A DNA stretch of 64,000 nucleotides, taken from Alphaproteobacteria bacterium. GTDB taxonomy: Bacteria; Pseudomonadota; Alphaproteobacteria; GCA-016699305. Shown piece by piece: positions 1 through 7,757 of the stretch. The stretch covers positions 157,419 to 221,418 of the forward strand of contig CP064970.1 in the NCBI GenBank assembly GCA_016699305.1. Reading direction: 5' to 3'. The stretch's first letter is position 1. The number at the start of each line of letters is the position of its first letter. Below the pieces are notes generated by a model. The model did no database searches. It was not told where the DNA came from and saw only the letters and a program-made list of their open reading frames with translations. Position numbers and translations under genes: made by a program.

Positions 1-841
1 GACGAACCTCCGTGAGCATATTTTTCAGGGCGTCATTGCAGATCAATCCCGCATAATTCGAGAAGATTTCTTCGCGCTTTTCTTCCCGTTTATGCTCCCA
101 TTTTTTCGAGAGAGGCACAACTCTGGATGCCATCAACTTTCTCTCACCGTTCAAGAAATACTGCCGTTGATGGAAATCACGCCTTGTGTCCTCGTTATCG
201 TTTGCTTCCATCCGGCCTTTCGACAAAAGAAGCTCAGCCCAGCAAATAACCTGAAAAGCTTCGTCTTTGCTGATTGCATAGAAATCATGCACCATTTTGC
301 GCGGCAGTTCATTGACGGCGACAATCTTATCGTTGTTAACAAGCGCAGGCATCTCATAGTGATAAAAAATACGTTTGTGGTCGGCCCCGCAAACTGCAGT
401 AGCGCCATATCCAAAAGCAGACTTGATATAAGAGCGGGAAACCCGCGACATCACATAGTCGCCACCCGCCTTAATTACATTTGGATCCGTCACGCCTTGT
501 GACAGGAAGTATTCCTTTATGCCTACGTAGAGCTTGTTTTCAATAAAGAGAAACTTGCCAATTGGAGACCCGTCCAACCAAACTACGGGGATTCCTTGGC
601 GCAGCAATTCCTGAACCATTTGATCGGTTCGTTTCAGGTTATCTATTCTCGGAGCATACGGTATAAATAGATCTTTTTCTGGTGAAACGATAACATCTGG
701 GCCTGTGTATGAAAGGCTATATCCTTTGTGATCAAAGGCCAAAACACCGCCATGCCGAGCGGTAATTTCGCATCGAGCAATACGCCAAGCCTGTTCAGGG
801 GACTTTCCTGAGAAAATATTGGATGGTGATGGAGTAGACAT
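1..841 (-). CDS. Hypothetical protein (island cargo); the 3' end runs off the window
   Basis: I translated this frame by hand. It is open from ATG 841 (MSTPSPSNIFSGKSPEQAW...) down to position 1. It is missing from the ORF track because there is no stop in the window. The start is 11 nt downstream of the preceding gene's stop. No recognisable motif. Confidence 0.5.
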   Translation of the reverse strand, partial: MSTPSPSNIFSGKSPEQAWRIARCEITARHGGVLAFDHKGYSLSYTGPDVIVSPEKDLFIPYAPRIDNLKRTDQMVQELLRQGIPVVWLDGSPIGKFLFIENKLYVGIKEYFLSQGVTDPNVIKAGGDYVMSRVSRSYIKSAFGYGATAVCGADHKRIFYHYEMPALVNNDKIVAVNELPRKMVHDFYAISKDEAFQVICWAELLLSKGRMEANDNEDTRRDFHQRQYFLNGERKLMASRVVPLSKKWEHKREEKREEIFSNYAGLICNDALKNMLTEVR

Positions 842-852
842 TGGTTCGTCCC

Positions 853-1356
853 TTACTGGTCGAACCGCTTGTCCCTTCGCGTTTTAGGTGGTGTTTTAGG
901 AGAAGATGGGTTTTTATAAACAACTTGATCTTCTGCTGAATAATAACTTCCAACGATGCGTTGCTTGATCGGGCGCATATCCTTCTGTTTACGGTATTCA
1001 ACGCCGGTAAGTTGGTCTTTTACGAGTTGATCAATGAGCAGTTTTTCGTCTTCGGGCGAAACTTCAAGATATTGCCCTGTTTTCGCATCCGTCTCAAAAG
1101 AAGCCGGGTATAAATAGCCACGGCGTTTTTCGAGATCCTTCACATAGACGTTAGGAATGGTCGTGATAAAAAGATCGTCACGAGCAAAATCCTCGCCCAT
1201 CGTGATGTACATCATTTTTTGGCCAACGCGGTACACCACGGTTTCCTCTCCGAAACCGTTGTCGATCATTTCGACAGGTGTTTTGCTCGTTGACGGCATT
1301 ACAAAGGGCATCCAAACCAAAGGCGTTTCATAATTTAAAGCTACGGATCCCAACAT
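853..1356 (-). CDS. Hypothetical protein (island cargo)
   Basis: ORF 853-1380. The ATG at 1356 (MLGSVALNY...) has a GGAGGG SD 5 nt upstream. The C-terminal tail is basic. No recognisable family. Confidence 0.5.
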   Translation of the reverse strand: MLGSVALNYETPLVWMPFVMPSTSKTPVEMIDNGFGEETVVYRVGQKMMYITMGEDFARDDLFITTIPNVYVKDLEKRRGYLYPASFETDAKTGQYLEVSPEDEKLLIDQLVKDQLTGVEYRKQKDMRPIKQRIVGSYYSAEDQVVYKNPSSPKTPPKTRRDKRFDQ

Positions 1357-1523
1357 AACGCCCTCCAATGGCTTTCTCAAATAGTTTCAGAAATATTAAC
1401 GGGTTAAAATGCCCTGCCGATGAACCCGAACACGAGGGGTATCTTACCAGAAAATGGCAAGCAAAACAATTTCATCAATACTTTCAACCACATAGTTACT
1501 TTTGTGTTAACAGGTTTTGGACG

Positions 1524-3080
1524 TTAAGGAATATGCGCAGAAATTATTGCGTTTTTCTCGGGCGGATTAACCATACCGCCTTCTCTTGCTGTGTTGGCGT
1601 TGCCATTTTCCACAAAATCATCCAAGTCCGCGCTCGTGTATCGCACGCTGTTTCCAACTTTGACATGCTTCGGGCCGGTTTTTCGCCAGCGCCAATGATC
1701 CATTAGGCGTGGGTTCACGCTCAGGTATTTGGCGGCCTGTTCGGACGTCATGAAGCGCGGCAGGTCATTGGTATTTTCGATGCACAGCAAGCCCGCAAGA
1801 GGAGCTAAGGCTGGTGGATCGACGGGAACGGCTTCAACATCGATGATCATTGGATTACTTGGTGGGGGAAGCGCTAAGAGGCATCCAAGTTCGTCGGTGA
1901 TTTTGCTGGCGGCTTCAAGCGCCGGATCGGTCGCAAGGTGTGCGTAGCGCGCCGTCGTTTGCGTTTGGGTGTGGCCGAGCAACTTTCCGATCATGGGAAG
2001 GCTCATGCCCATTGCTACGGCGTTTGAGGCGAAGGTGTGCCGAAGATCATGAATGCGGACATCTTCAATCTCCGCCCATTTACGGATTTTTTGCCACGTG
2101 GATTGCAAATCATAGATGGGTTCCTCCGGCTTGCTGTCAGAGCAAATCAAATACGGGTTGCCGTTCTTGTGCGGCAGATGACGCAACAGGTCGATAGCCG
2201 TCCGACCGAGGTGAATGAACTTCGGGCCGGTTTTGGAATCCGGCAATCGGATGATCCCGCGATCAAGCAGCACATATTCCCATTTGCAGCACCGGATCTC
2301 TCCAAGACGAGCACCGGTCAAAATCAGCAGACGGAAAGCGGCAATGGCATAAGGCGAGCAGAGCGTCGCTTCTTCCGCCATGCGAAGCGTTTCGCCCAGT
2401 CGACGCATCTCGTCGGCGGAGAGATAGCGCTCGCGTTTGACCTCCTTAAACTTTTTCAGGTGGCGGCAGGGGTTTGATCCGTCCTGACGCAGACCCCACA
2501 GCTCCGCGAGATTGAACATCTTGGAAAGCACAACCATGACTTTGTTCGCTTTGTCGGGGCTACTCGCAAGTTTGTGTTGAAGATTGGCGATGTCCGCGCG
2601 TGTGATGCTGGCGACCTTTAGGTGGCCAAGTTCTGGGATGATGTGTTTGTTCAGGAGATGCGTGTACTGAGCGCGGGTGCTTGGCTTCAGATGATCCTTG
2701 CAATGTACATCCTGAAACCTTTGCCCCAGATTGCGCACATCTGGAGCGGCGGCAAGCGCCTGCTTATCGCCGGAGGGATCGCCGCCGCCCCGCACAATGG
2801 CCAGAGTCTTTGTTGCCTTGACGCGCGCCTGCTCGACAGTGAGGACGGGATAATGACCAAGTGTGCAACGTCTGGCTCTGGTGCCCACGCGGTATTGCAG
2901 GACGAAGATCCTCTTTCCCGATGGCATGATGCGCACACCGAAGCCCGGCAATTCATCGTCAAAGATGAAATAGTCCTTGGCCTTGATCTCGGCGGATTCC
3001 AATGTGCGTTTCGTCAGTCGTGCCACAGCGTTCGAGCCTGTCGTTATTATGGTTCTCGTCAGCCATGCGCGCCGTTTCAT
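1524..3080 (-). CDS. Tyrosine site-specific integrase (P4/DUF4102-type arm-binding N-terminus) with a fused C-terminal AlpA/excisionase-like HTH
   Basis: The N-terminus (FIFDDELPGFGVRIMPSGKRIFVLQYRVG) matches the arm-binding domain type. The catalytic region reads HDLRHTFASNAV...LLGHTQTQTTARYAHL. An extra C-terminal segment reads FMTSEQAAKYLSVNPRLMDHWRWRKTGPKHVKVGNSVRYTSADLDDFV. Confidence 0.9.
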   Translation of the reverse strand: MKRRAWLTRTIITTGSNAVARLTKRTLESAEIKAKDYFIFDDELPGFGVRIMPSGKRIFVLQYRVGTRARRCTLGHYPVLTVEQARVKATKTLAIVRGGGDPSGDKQALAAAPDVRNLGQRFQDVHCKDHLKPSTRAQYTHLLNKHIIPELGHLKVASITRADIANLQHKLASSPDKANKVMVVLSKMFNLAELWGLRQDGSNPCRHLKKFKEVKRERYLSADEMRRLGETLRMAEEATLCSPYAIAAFRLLILTGARLGEIRCCKWEYVLLDRGIIRLPDSKTGPKFIHLGRTAIDLLRHLPHKNGNPYLICSDSKPEEPIYDLQSTWQKIRKWAEIEDVRIHDLRHTFASNAVAMGMSLPMIGKLLGHTQTQTTARYAHLATDPALEAASKITDELGCLLALPPPSNPMIIDVEAVPVDPPALAPLAGLLCIENTNDLPRFMTSEQAAKYLSVNPRLMDHWRWRKTGPKHVKVGNSVRYTSADLDDFVENGNANTAREGGMVNPPEKNAIISAHIP

Positions 3081-3241
3081 GGAAGCACTGTGGAAGCAAG
3101 AGGCTTCAAACCGGTGCGTAAAGCTGATAACCAGACAGTCGCTCTATAGGTCGCTGGAAGTCAACTAACACATTGATATAGCGTAATAAAAAGCGTTTCT
3201 TCGCATTCCTGCGAAGTTGTGCAAAATAGGCCGAGCGCAGT

Positions 3242-3286
3242 TTGGTAAGGACGGGGTCGGAGGTTCGATTCCTCTCAGTAGCACCA
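3242..3286 (+). other. tRNA 3' half (anticodon-loop-like TTGGTAA, variable loop GGGTC, T-arm GGAGG-TTCGATT-CCTCT, acceptor CAGTAGC, discriminator A, CCA); probable att remnant, tRNA-Thr(GGU)-like
   Basis: T-arm, acceptor and CCA have exact tRNA geometry. The complementary 5' acceptor strand GCTACTG is absent from the 120 nt upstream, and the anticodon stem cannot be closed. Confidence 0.5.
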
Positions 3287-3415
3287 TTTTTTCAATGAGT
3301 TATCCGCATTACCTCCATGAGTTGGGCAGTCTCGGCGGGGATGAAAGAATTATGAATATATGTCATTTGTTGTTACACTCTGAGGCGTTGCTGTAGATAT
3401 CTTTGGTAGGTAGCC

Positions 3416-3811
3416 ATGAAAAATTCATCCATCATCGTCTTAGGTTTAGCTTTGGCCTGTTCTGTGGCTACGTCTGCCATGGCAGCGCAGGATCGCTTGA
3501 GTGCCGAGCGCGGCTCATTGCAGCGTCAATGGGATAGAATACAGCCTCAATCTCAGGTGCTCCACGCTGAGCAGGATGATGTTGCAGTCGGGGGTGCCAC
3601 GTCTCTGGGCGCCGGGCGTACGTCCATAGGCAGAAGCGGGACGCCGCTGGCTGCGGGAGGGAGTCCGCTTGGAATGCGGGGCAGTCCTCTGGGTACGGCG
3701 CAATCTAATCTGGGTTATGGTGGTTCTCGGGTGCAAAATCCAGGCGGCGTGCTTAGTTCGCAGACAGCACCGCTCAGCAGTTATCAAAACGGCCTACAGA
3801 TTGCTCGCTAA
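3416..3811 (+). CDS. Small secreted Gly/Ser/Pro-rich protein (hypothetical)
   Basis: Signal peptide MKNSSIIVLGLALACSVATSAMA. The rest is low-complexity with a reiterated G-(S/T)-P-L-(A/G) motif. Confidence 0.5.
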   Translation: MKNSSIIVLGLALACSVATSAMAAQDRLSAERGSLQRQWDRIQPQSQVLHAEQDDVAVGGATSLGAGRTSIGRSGTPLAAGGSPLGMRGSPLGTAQSNLGYGGSRVQNPGGVLSSQTAPLSSYQNGLQIAR

Positions 3812-4009
3812 TGCTGTGAGACGCTCGCTCTCGTTCATGACCTTGTAGGCCCCGCAGTATTTCCGGTTTGTAAGACGTATTTTCGGGGCTATGCTGCTGT
3901 TCTTCCGCGCACACTACGTCTTGCGTTTGATGGTTTTGGCTGGATGAACGCGGTCTGCAATGCAGTTTCGGTCGGCCTGATATCTGCATTCCGCATTTTG
4001 CCACAGCGC

Positions 4010-5437
4010 CTATCTTTCCCTCAAGCTTTCATGCCCATATTGTAAGAGTGGGCTAAGGAAGTATTCGATCACGCGGCGTTTGCCGGTTTTGATCTCCACT
4101 GTCACGGCCATGCCGGGGCCAAGATGCACCTGTGTGCCATCGACCAGGATCGTAGAGCGTTCCATTCGGACGCGGGCGGTATAGATGAGGCCGCGTTTCT
4201 CGTCATTGATGGCATCGTGCGAGACGGAAAGCACCTTGGCATGAAGGGTGCCGTATTTGGTGTAGGGAAAAGTTTCGATCTTAATCTCGGCGTTCTGATT
4301 GGCTCTGACGAATCCGATATCCTTATTCTCGACGAAGGCTTCGATTTCCAAAGCGTCGTCGCGCGGCACGACGACCATCAACGCCTGGGCCGGCGTGACG
4401 ACGCCTCCCACGGTATGCACCGCCAATTGCTGAACTGTGCCTTCCACCGGCGCGGTCAGAGTCATCAATTTGCCGCGCGTGTCGGCTTTGAGCAATTCTT
4501 GCTCGGTCGCTGCGGCTTTTTGCATGCCGTCATTCAGGCTGTCCAGATGCGTGCGGCGTGTCTCGGCGGTAAGCTGGGATTTTTGTCCCTCGGCCTCACG
4601 CAAAGCGGCCTCGATCTCGTTCAGGCGACTGCGCTGCGCGGCCAGATCCGACTCCTGTTCGATATGGGCCTGTTGCTTTTCTAGATAGGCATGCTTGGAT
4701 ACCGCGCTGCGTTCCAGTAACTCCTTAAAGTCCTGGGCGCGCTGGCGCGCGAGGGGAGCCGTTTGCTCTAATTTATGCACCAGTTCCCGAGTTGATTCCA
4801 ACTCCGCCTGACGCTGCGCAATGGAGGCATCCATGCGTTCCAGTTTGGCCAGATACTCGCCATGCTGGCCCGATAGCCAGGACAGCGCCTCTTGCCAGCG
4901 TGATTCATCCAAATGAGCTGGCCGTTGTGGCAGTTCCAGCTTGCCTGAATCCAGCGCCGCCAGCATGGCTTTCGAACGCGCGGCCTGCAATTGGGAGAAA
5001 CCCAAATCGCCCGTTAGGCGGTCACGGTCTGCCTGGGCGTTTGTGGCATCCAACTCGATCAGCACATCTCCGGCTTTGACAGATTGCCCATCATGAACAT
5101 GGATTGCCTTAACCGTGGCGGTTTCGATCGGCTGGATGGTCTTGGTGCGGTCTCCTGGCACGATGCGTCCTTGGGCGGTGGCCACCATGTCAATCTGTCC
5201 GAATGTCGCCCATAGCACAGCCAACAAGGCAAAGCTCATGATAAGCCACATCGCCATGCGCGGCGCAGGGGATGGCGGCGTTTCCTGCAACGCCAACGCA
5301 GCGGGTAGAAATTGCGCTTCATGCGGCAAACGCGCCGGGCTATCCAGCTCTTGCCGATGCCGCCAAGCGTGACGTAGCACCGCCGCATAGCGCTTCCACA
5401 AATCCCCCCAAGCCTTGCTGTGTAATGTCCAGGTCAT
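4010..5437 (-). CDS. Type I secretion membrane fusion protein, HlyD family
   Basis: One N-terminal TM segment, a long coiled-coil region (LERMDASIAQRQAELESTRELV...), and a C-terminal beta-barrel block (VTVEIKTGKRRVIEYFLSPL) typical of HlyD. It begins 6 nt after the ABC gene ends. Confidence 0.9.
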   Translation of the reverse strand: MTWTLHSKAWGDLWKRYAAVLRHAWRHRQELDSPARLPHEAQFLPAALALQETPPSPAPRMAMWLIMSFALLAVLWATFGQIDMVATAQGRIVPGDRTKTIQPIETATVKAIHVHDGQSVKAGDVLIELDATNAQADRDRLTGDLGFSQLQAARSKAMLAALDSGKLELPQRPAHLDESRWQEALSWLSGQHGEYLAKLERMDASIAQRQAELESTRELVHKLEQTAPLARQRAQDFKELLERSAVSKHAYLEKQQAHIEQESDLAAQRSRLNEIEAALREAEGQKSQLTAETRRTHLDSLNDGMQKAAATEQELLKADTRGKLMTLTAPVEGTVQQLAVHTVGGVVTPAQALMVVVPRDDALEIEAFVENKDIGFVRANQNAEIKIETFPYTKYGTLHAKVLSVSHDAINDEKRGLIYTARVRMERSTILVDGTQVHLGPGMAVTVEIKTGKRRVIEYFLSPLLQYGHESLRER

Positions 5438-5443
5438 GGCGGC

Positions 5444-7606
5444 CTATCCCTGCTGCAATCGGTGCAGCCGTGCATAATGTCCGGCTTGACGCTGCATCAA
5501 TTCGGCATGTGCCCCAGCTTCGACGATGCGGCCCCGGTCCAGCACAATGATCCGATTGGCGTCCCGCACAGCGGACAAACGATGCGCGATGATGATCACC
5601 GTACGGCCCTGGCAAATGACTTTCATATTGTTTTGAATCACGCGCTCGGATTCATAGTCCAACGCGCTGGTGGCCTCATCAAAGATCAGGACACGCGGAT
5701 TGGTCATCAACGCGCGGGCGATGGCGATACGCTGACGCTGTCCACCCGAAAGGGTCGCGCCATGCTCGCCCACCATCGTGTCATAGGCTTCGGGAAGCTC
5801 CAGGATGAACTCATGCGCACCCGCCATCTTGGCGGCGCGCATCACGGCTTCGAGCGGCGCTCCTGGATCGGACAAAGCGATATTGTCGCGGATCGATCGG
5901 TTGAACAGCACATTTTCTTGCAAGACCACGCCGATCTGCCGCCGCAGTGACGATGAATCGGCCAGAGCCAGATCCATCCCATCGATCAGCACGCGCCCAC
6001 GTTCAGGCACATACAGCCGTTGCACCAATTTGGTCAGCGTGCTTTTACCCGACCCCGAACGACCAACGATGCCCAGTATCTCACCCGGTTGAATAACCAG
6101 TTCGATCCCGCACAACACTTCTGGCCCATCCGGGCGATAGCGAAAGGTCACATGATCCAGTTCGATCCGCCCCTTCAGTGCCGGAAGGCTGCTTTTCGCC
6201 CCCGCCGTCTCTCGATGCGTGTTCAGGATATCGCCCAGGCGCTGCATGGAGATACCGACCTGCTGGAAATCCGTCCATAACTGCGCCAAGCGCATCACGG
6301 GCTGCGCCACTTGTCCTGCCAGCATGTTAAAGGCAATTAGCTGGCCGACCGTCAGATGGCCTTCCATCACCAATCGTGCCCCGACATACAGCGTTGCCAC
6401 CGTCACCAGTTTTCCGATCAACGAAACGCCATTGCTGGCGAAGTTACCCAAAGCAGTGGTGCGGAAGCTGGAGGACACATAGGCCGCCAATTGGTTATCC
6501 CATTTGCGCGTCCATTGCGGCTCGACCGCCATGGCCTTGACCGTATCAATGCCGCTGATGGTTTCGACCAAAAAGGCTTGGTTCTCGGCACCACGATTAA
6601 ATTTCTCGTCCAGTCTCGCGCGCAATAAAGGGGTAACGAAAGCCGACAAAATGCCATAGCACGGCAAGGACAACACCACGATCAAGGTCAGCCAGCCGCT
6701 GTAGCACAGCATTACCGCGATAAAAACCACCGAGAACAGCAGATCAAGGACCAAGGTAATGGCGTTGCCCGTTAGGAAAGAGCGGATATTCTCCAACTCC
6801 CGTACACGCGCAACGGAATCGCCCACGCGCCGCGCCTGAAAATAGGCCAAGGGCAAGCCCAGCAAATGGCGAAACAGCCGTCCCCCCAATTCCACATCAA
6901 TGCGGCTGGAGGTATGGGCAAAGATATAACCACGCAGGGTATTCAACGTGACCTCGAACAGCACCACCACGCCAAGCCCTACGGCGATCACATCCAGAGT
7001 CGTCATGCCTCGATGCACCAGAACTTTATCCATCACCACTTGAAAAAACAGAGGCGTGATAAGCGCGAAGATTTGCAGCACAAAACTGACCAGAAGAACC
7101 TCACCCAGCAAACGGCGATATTTGACAACGGCGGGGATGAACCATGAGAAATCAAATTTTGCCATCTCTCCCGCCAGCGAAGCGCGCGAGGTGAATAGAA
7201 TCAATTCCCCCGTCCAGCGCGCATCAAGTTCTGCGCGGCTCACCGACTGAGGGCGACCAACAGCAGGATCCTGGATCAACACTTGATCCTCTTGTGCGCG
7301 CGCCACGATAAAGAATCCGCCCGCCCGATCTACGGCGATAGCGGGCAGCGGCGCGCGATCTAAACGTTCGATCTGCGTGCGCGTCAGCTTGGCATGCAGG
7401 CCCAATTGCTTGGCCGCCAAAAGAATCTCGGCTTGACCCAGCCTATGACCGTCAGATGCATGCTCATGAAGGATTTGATCGGGATCCGCCGCTACGCCGT
7501 GAAAGCGCGTCATCATCACAAGGCATGCCAGCCCCGAATCCACCACCGCCCCCGCAGTAGCTGCAGGATTGATTGTTGGTTTCTTGACGGAATCTTGCTC
7601 GGACAT
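5444..7606 (-). CDS. Type I secretion ABC transporter (HlyB type) with an N-terminal C39-like domain
   Basis: Walker A GRSGSGKST, signature [15 protein letters not shown], Walker B LIFDEATSALD, and a six-helix TMD. The N-terminal DSGLACLVMMTRFHG aligns with the C39 block, but Ser replaces the catalytic Cys. That is the inactive CLD form seen in RTX exporters. Confidence 0.92.
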   Translation of the reverse strand: MSEQDSVKKPTINPAATAGAVVDSGLACLVMMTRFHGVAADPDQILHEHASDGHRLGQAEILLAAKQLGLHAKLTRTQIERLDRAPLPAIAVDRAGGFFIVARAQEDQVLIQDPAVGRPQSVSRAELDARWTGELILFTSRASLAGEMAKFDFSWFIPAVVKYRRLLGEVLLVSFVLQIFALITPLFFQVVMDKVLVHRGMTTLDVIAVGLGVVVLFEVTLNTLRGYIFAHTSSRIDVELGGRLFRHLLGLPLAYFQARRVGDSVARVRELENIRSFLTGNAITLVLDLLFSVVFIAVMLCYSGWLTLIVVLSLPCYGILSAFVTPLLRARLDEKFNRGAENQAFLVETISGIDTVKAMAVEPQWTRKWDNQLAAYVSSSFRTTALGNFASNGVSLIGKLVTVATLYVGARLVMEGHLTVGQLIAFNMLAGQVAQPVMRLAQLWTDFQQVGISMQRLGDILNTHRETAGAKSSLPALKGRIELDHVTFRYRPDGPEVLCGIELVIQPGEILGIVGRSGSGKSTLTKLVQRLYVPERGRVLIDGMDLALADSSSLRRQIGVVLQENVLFNRSIRDNIALSDPGAPLEAVMRAAKMAGAHEFILELPEAYDTMVGEHGATLSGGQRQRIAIARALMTNPRVLIFDEATSALDYESERVIQNNMKVICQGRTVIIIAHRLSAVRDANRIIVLDRGRIVEAGAHAELMQRQAGHYARLHRLQQG

Positions 7607-7658
7607 GCCTGTGCTCGTATCAAATAGAAAGAGGTATATTATTTCATAATCGTTTTAA

Positions 7659-7704
7659 TATTTCGTGACCAACGCCACCGAAACACACTATAAGTCACGA
7701 AATA
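7659..7704. promoter_or_regulatory. Perfect 11-bp inverted repeat (TATTTCGTGAC ... GTCACGAAATA, 24-nt spacer) between the RTX gene and the T1SS ABC gene
   Basis: Read directly from the sequence at 7659-7669 and 7694-7704. It could be an operator or an RNA stem. Confidence 0.35.
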
Positions 7705-7717
7705 CTCTACCCATTTA

Positions 7718-7742
7718 GGGGGGGGGCAAACGAAGCCCCCCC
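7718..7742 (-). terminator. GC-only stem-loop (8-bp G/C stem, 7-nt loop) just downstream of the RTX stop codon; possible attenuator between cargo and exporter genes
   Basis: GGGGGGGC-AAACGAA-GCCCCCCC at 7720-7742. No U-tract follows on the transcribed strand, so this is not a canonical intrinsic terminator. Confidence 0.35.
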
Positions 7743-7757
7743 ATTCCAACCCCCTAC

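Larger units (their letters stand above)
1..3286. mobile_element. Right end of an integrated genomic island or prophage-like element (cargo genes, tyrosine integrase, tRNA-derived att fragment); left end lies off-window
   Basis: Positions 1-1520 are visibly AT-rich compared with the rest of the window. An integrase gene is transcribed away from a perfect tRNA 3' half at 3242-3286. No matching tRNA 5' half lies upstream, so the fragment is probably the displaced att copy. Confidence 0.6.

Noticed and set aside
3233-3400. The tRNA-like 3' end (T-arm plus ACCA) might be the acceptor piece of an alphaproteobacterial two-piece tmRNA, which is a common island target.
   Set aside because: The acceptor strand CAGTAGC implies a G1-C72/C2-G71/U3-A70 stem, not the GGG start with the G3:U70 alanine identity pair. 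No complementary 5' strand or tag-peptide reading frame is visible in the 150 nt downstream.
5444-7606. An active C39 bacteriocin-processing peptidase domain in the ABC exporter, which would imply a double-glycine leader cargo.
   Set aside because: The position of the catalytic Cys in the x-C-G-x-A-C-L block is occupied by Ser (DSGLACL). This fits the inactive C39-like domain of RTX exporters, and no GG-leader peptide gene is nearby.
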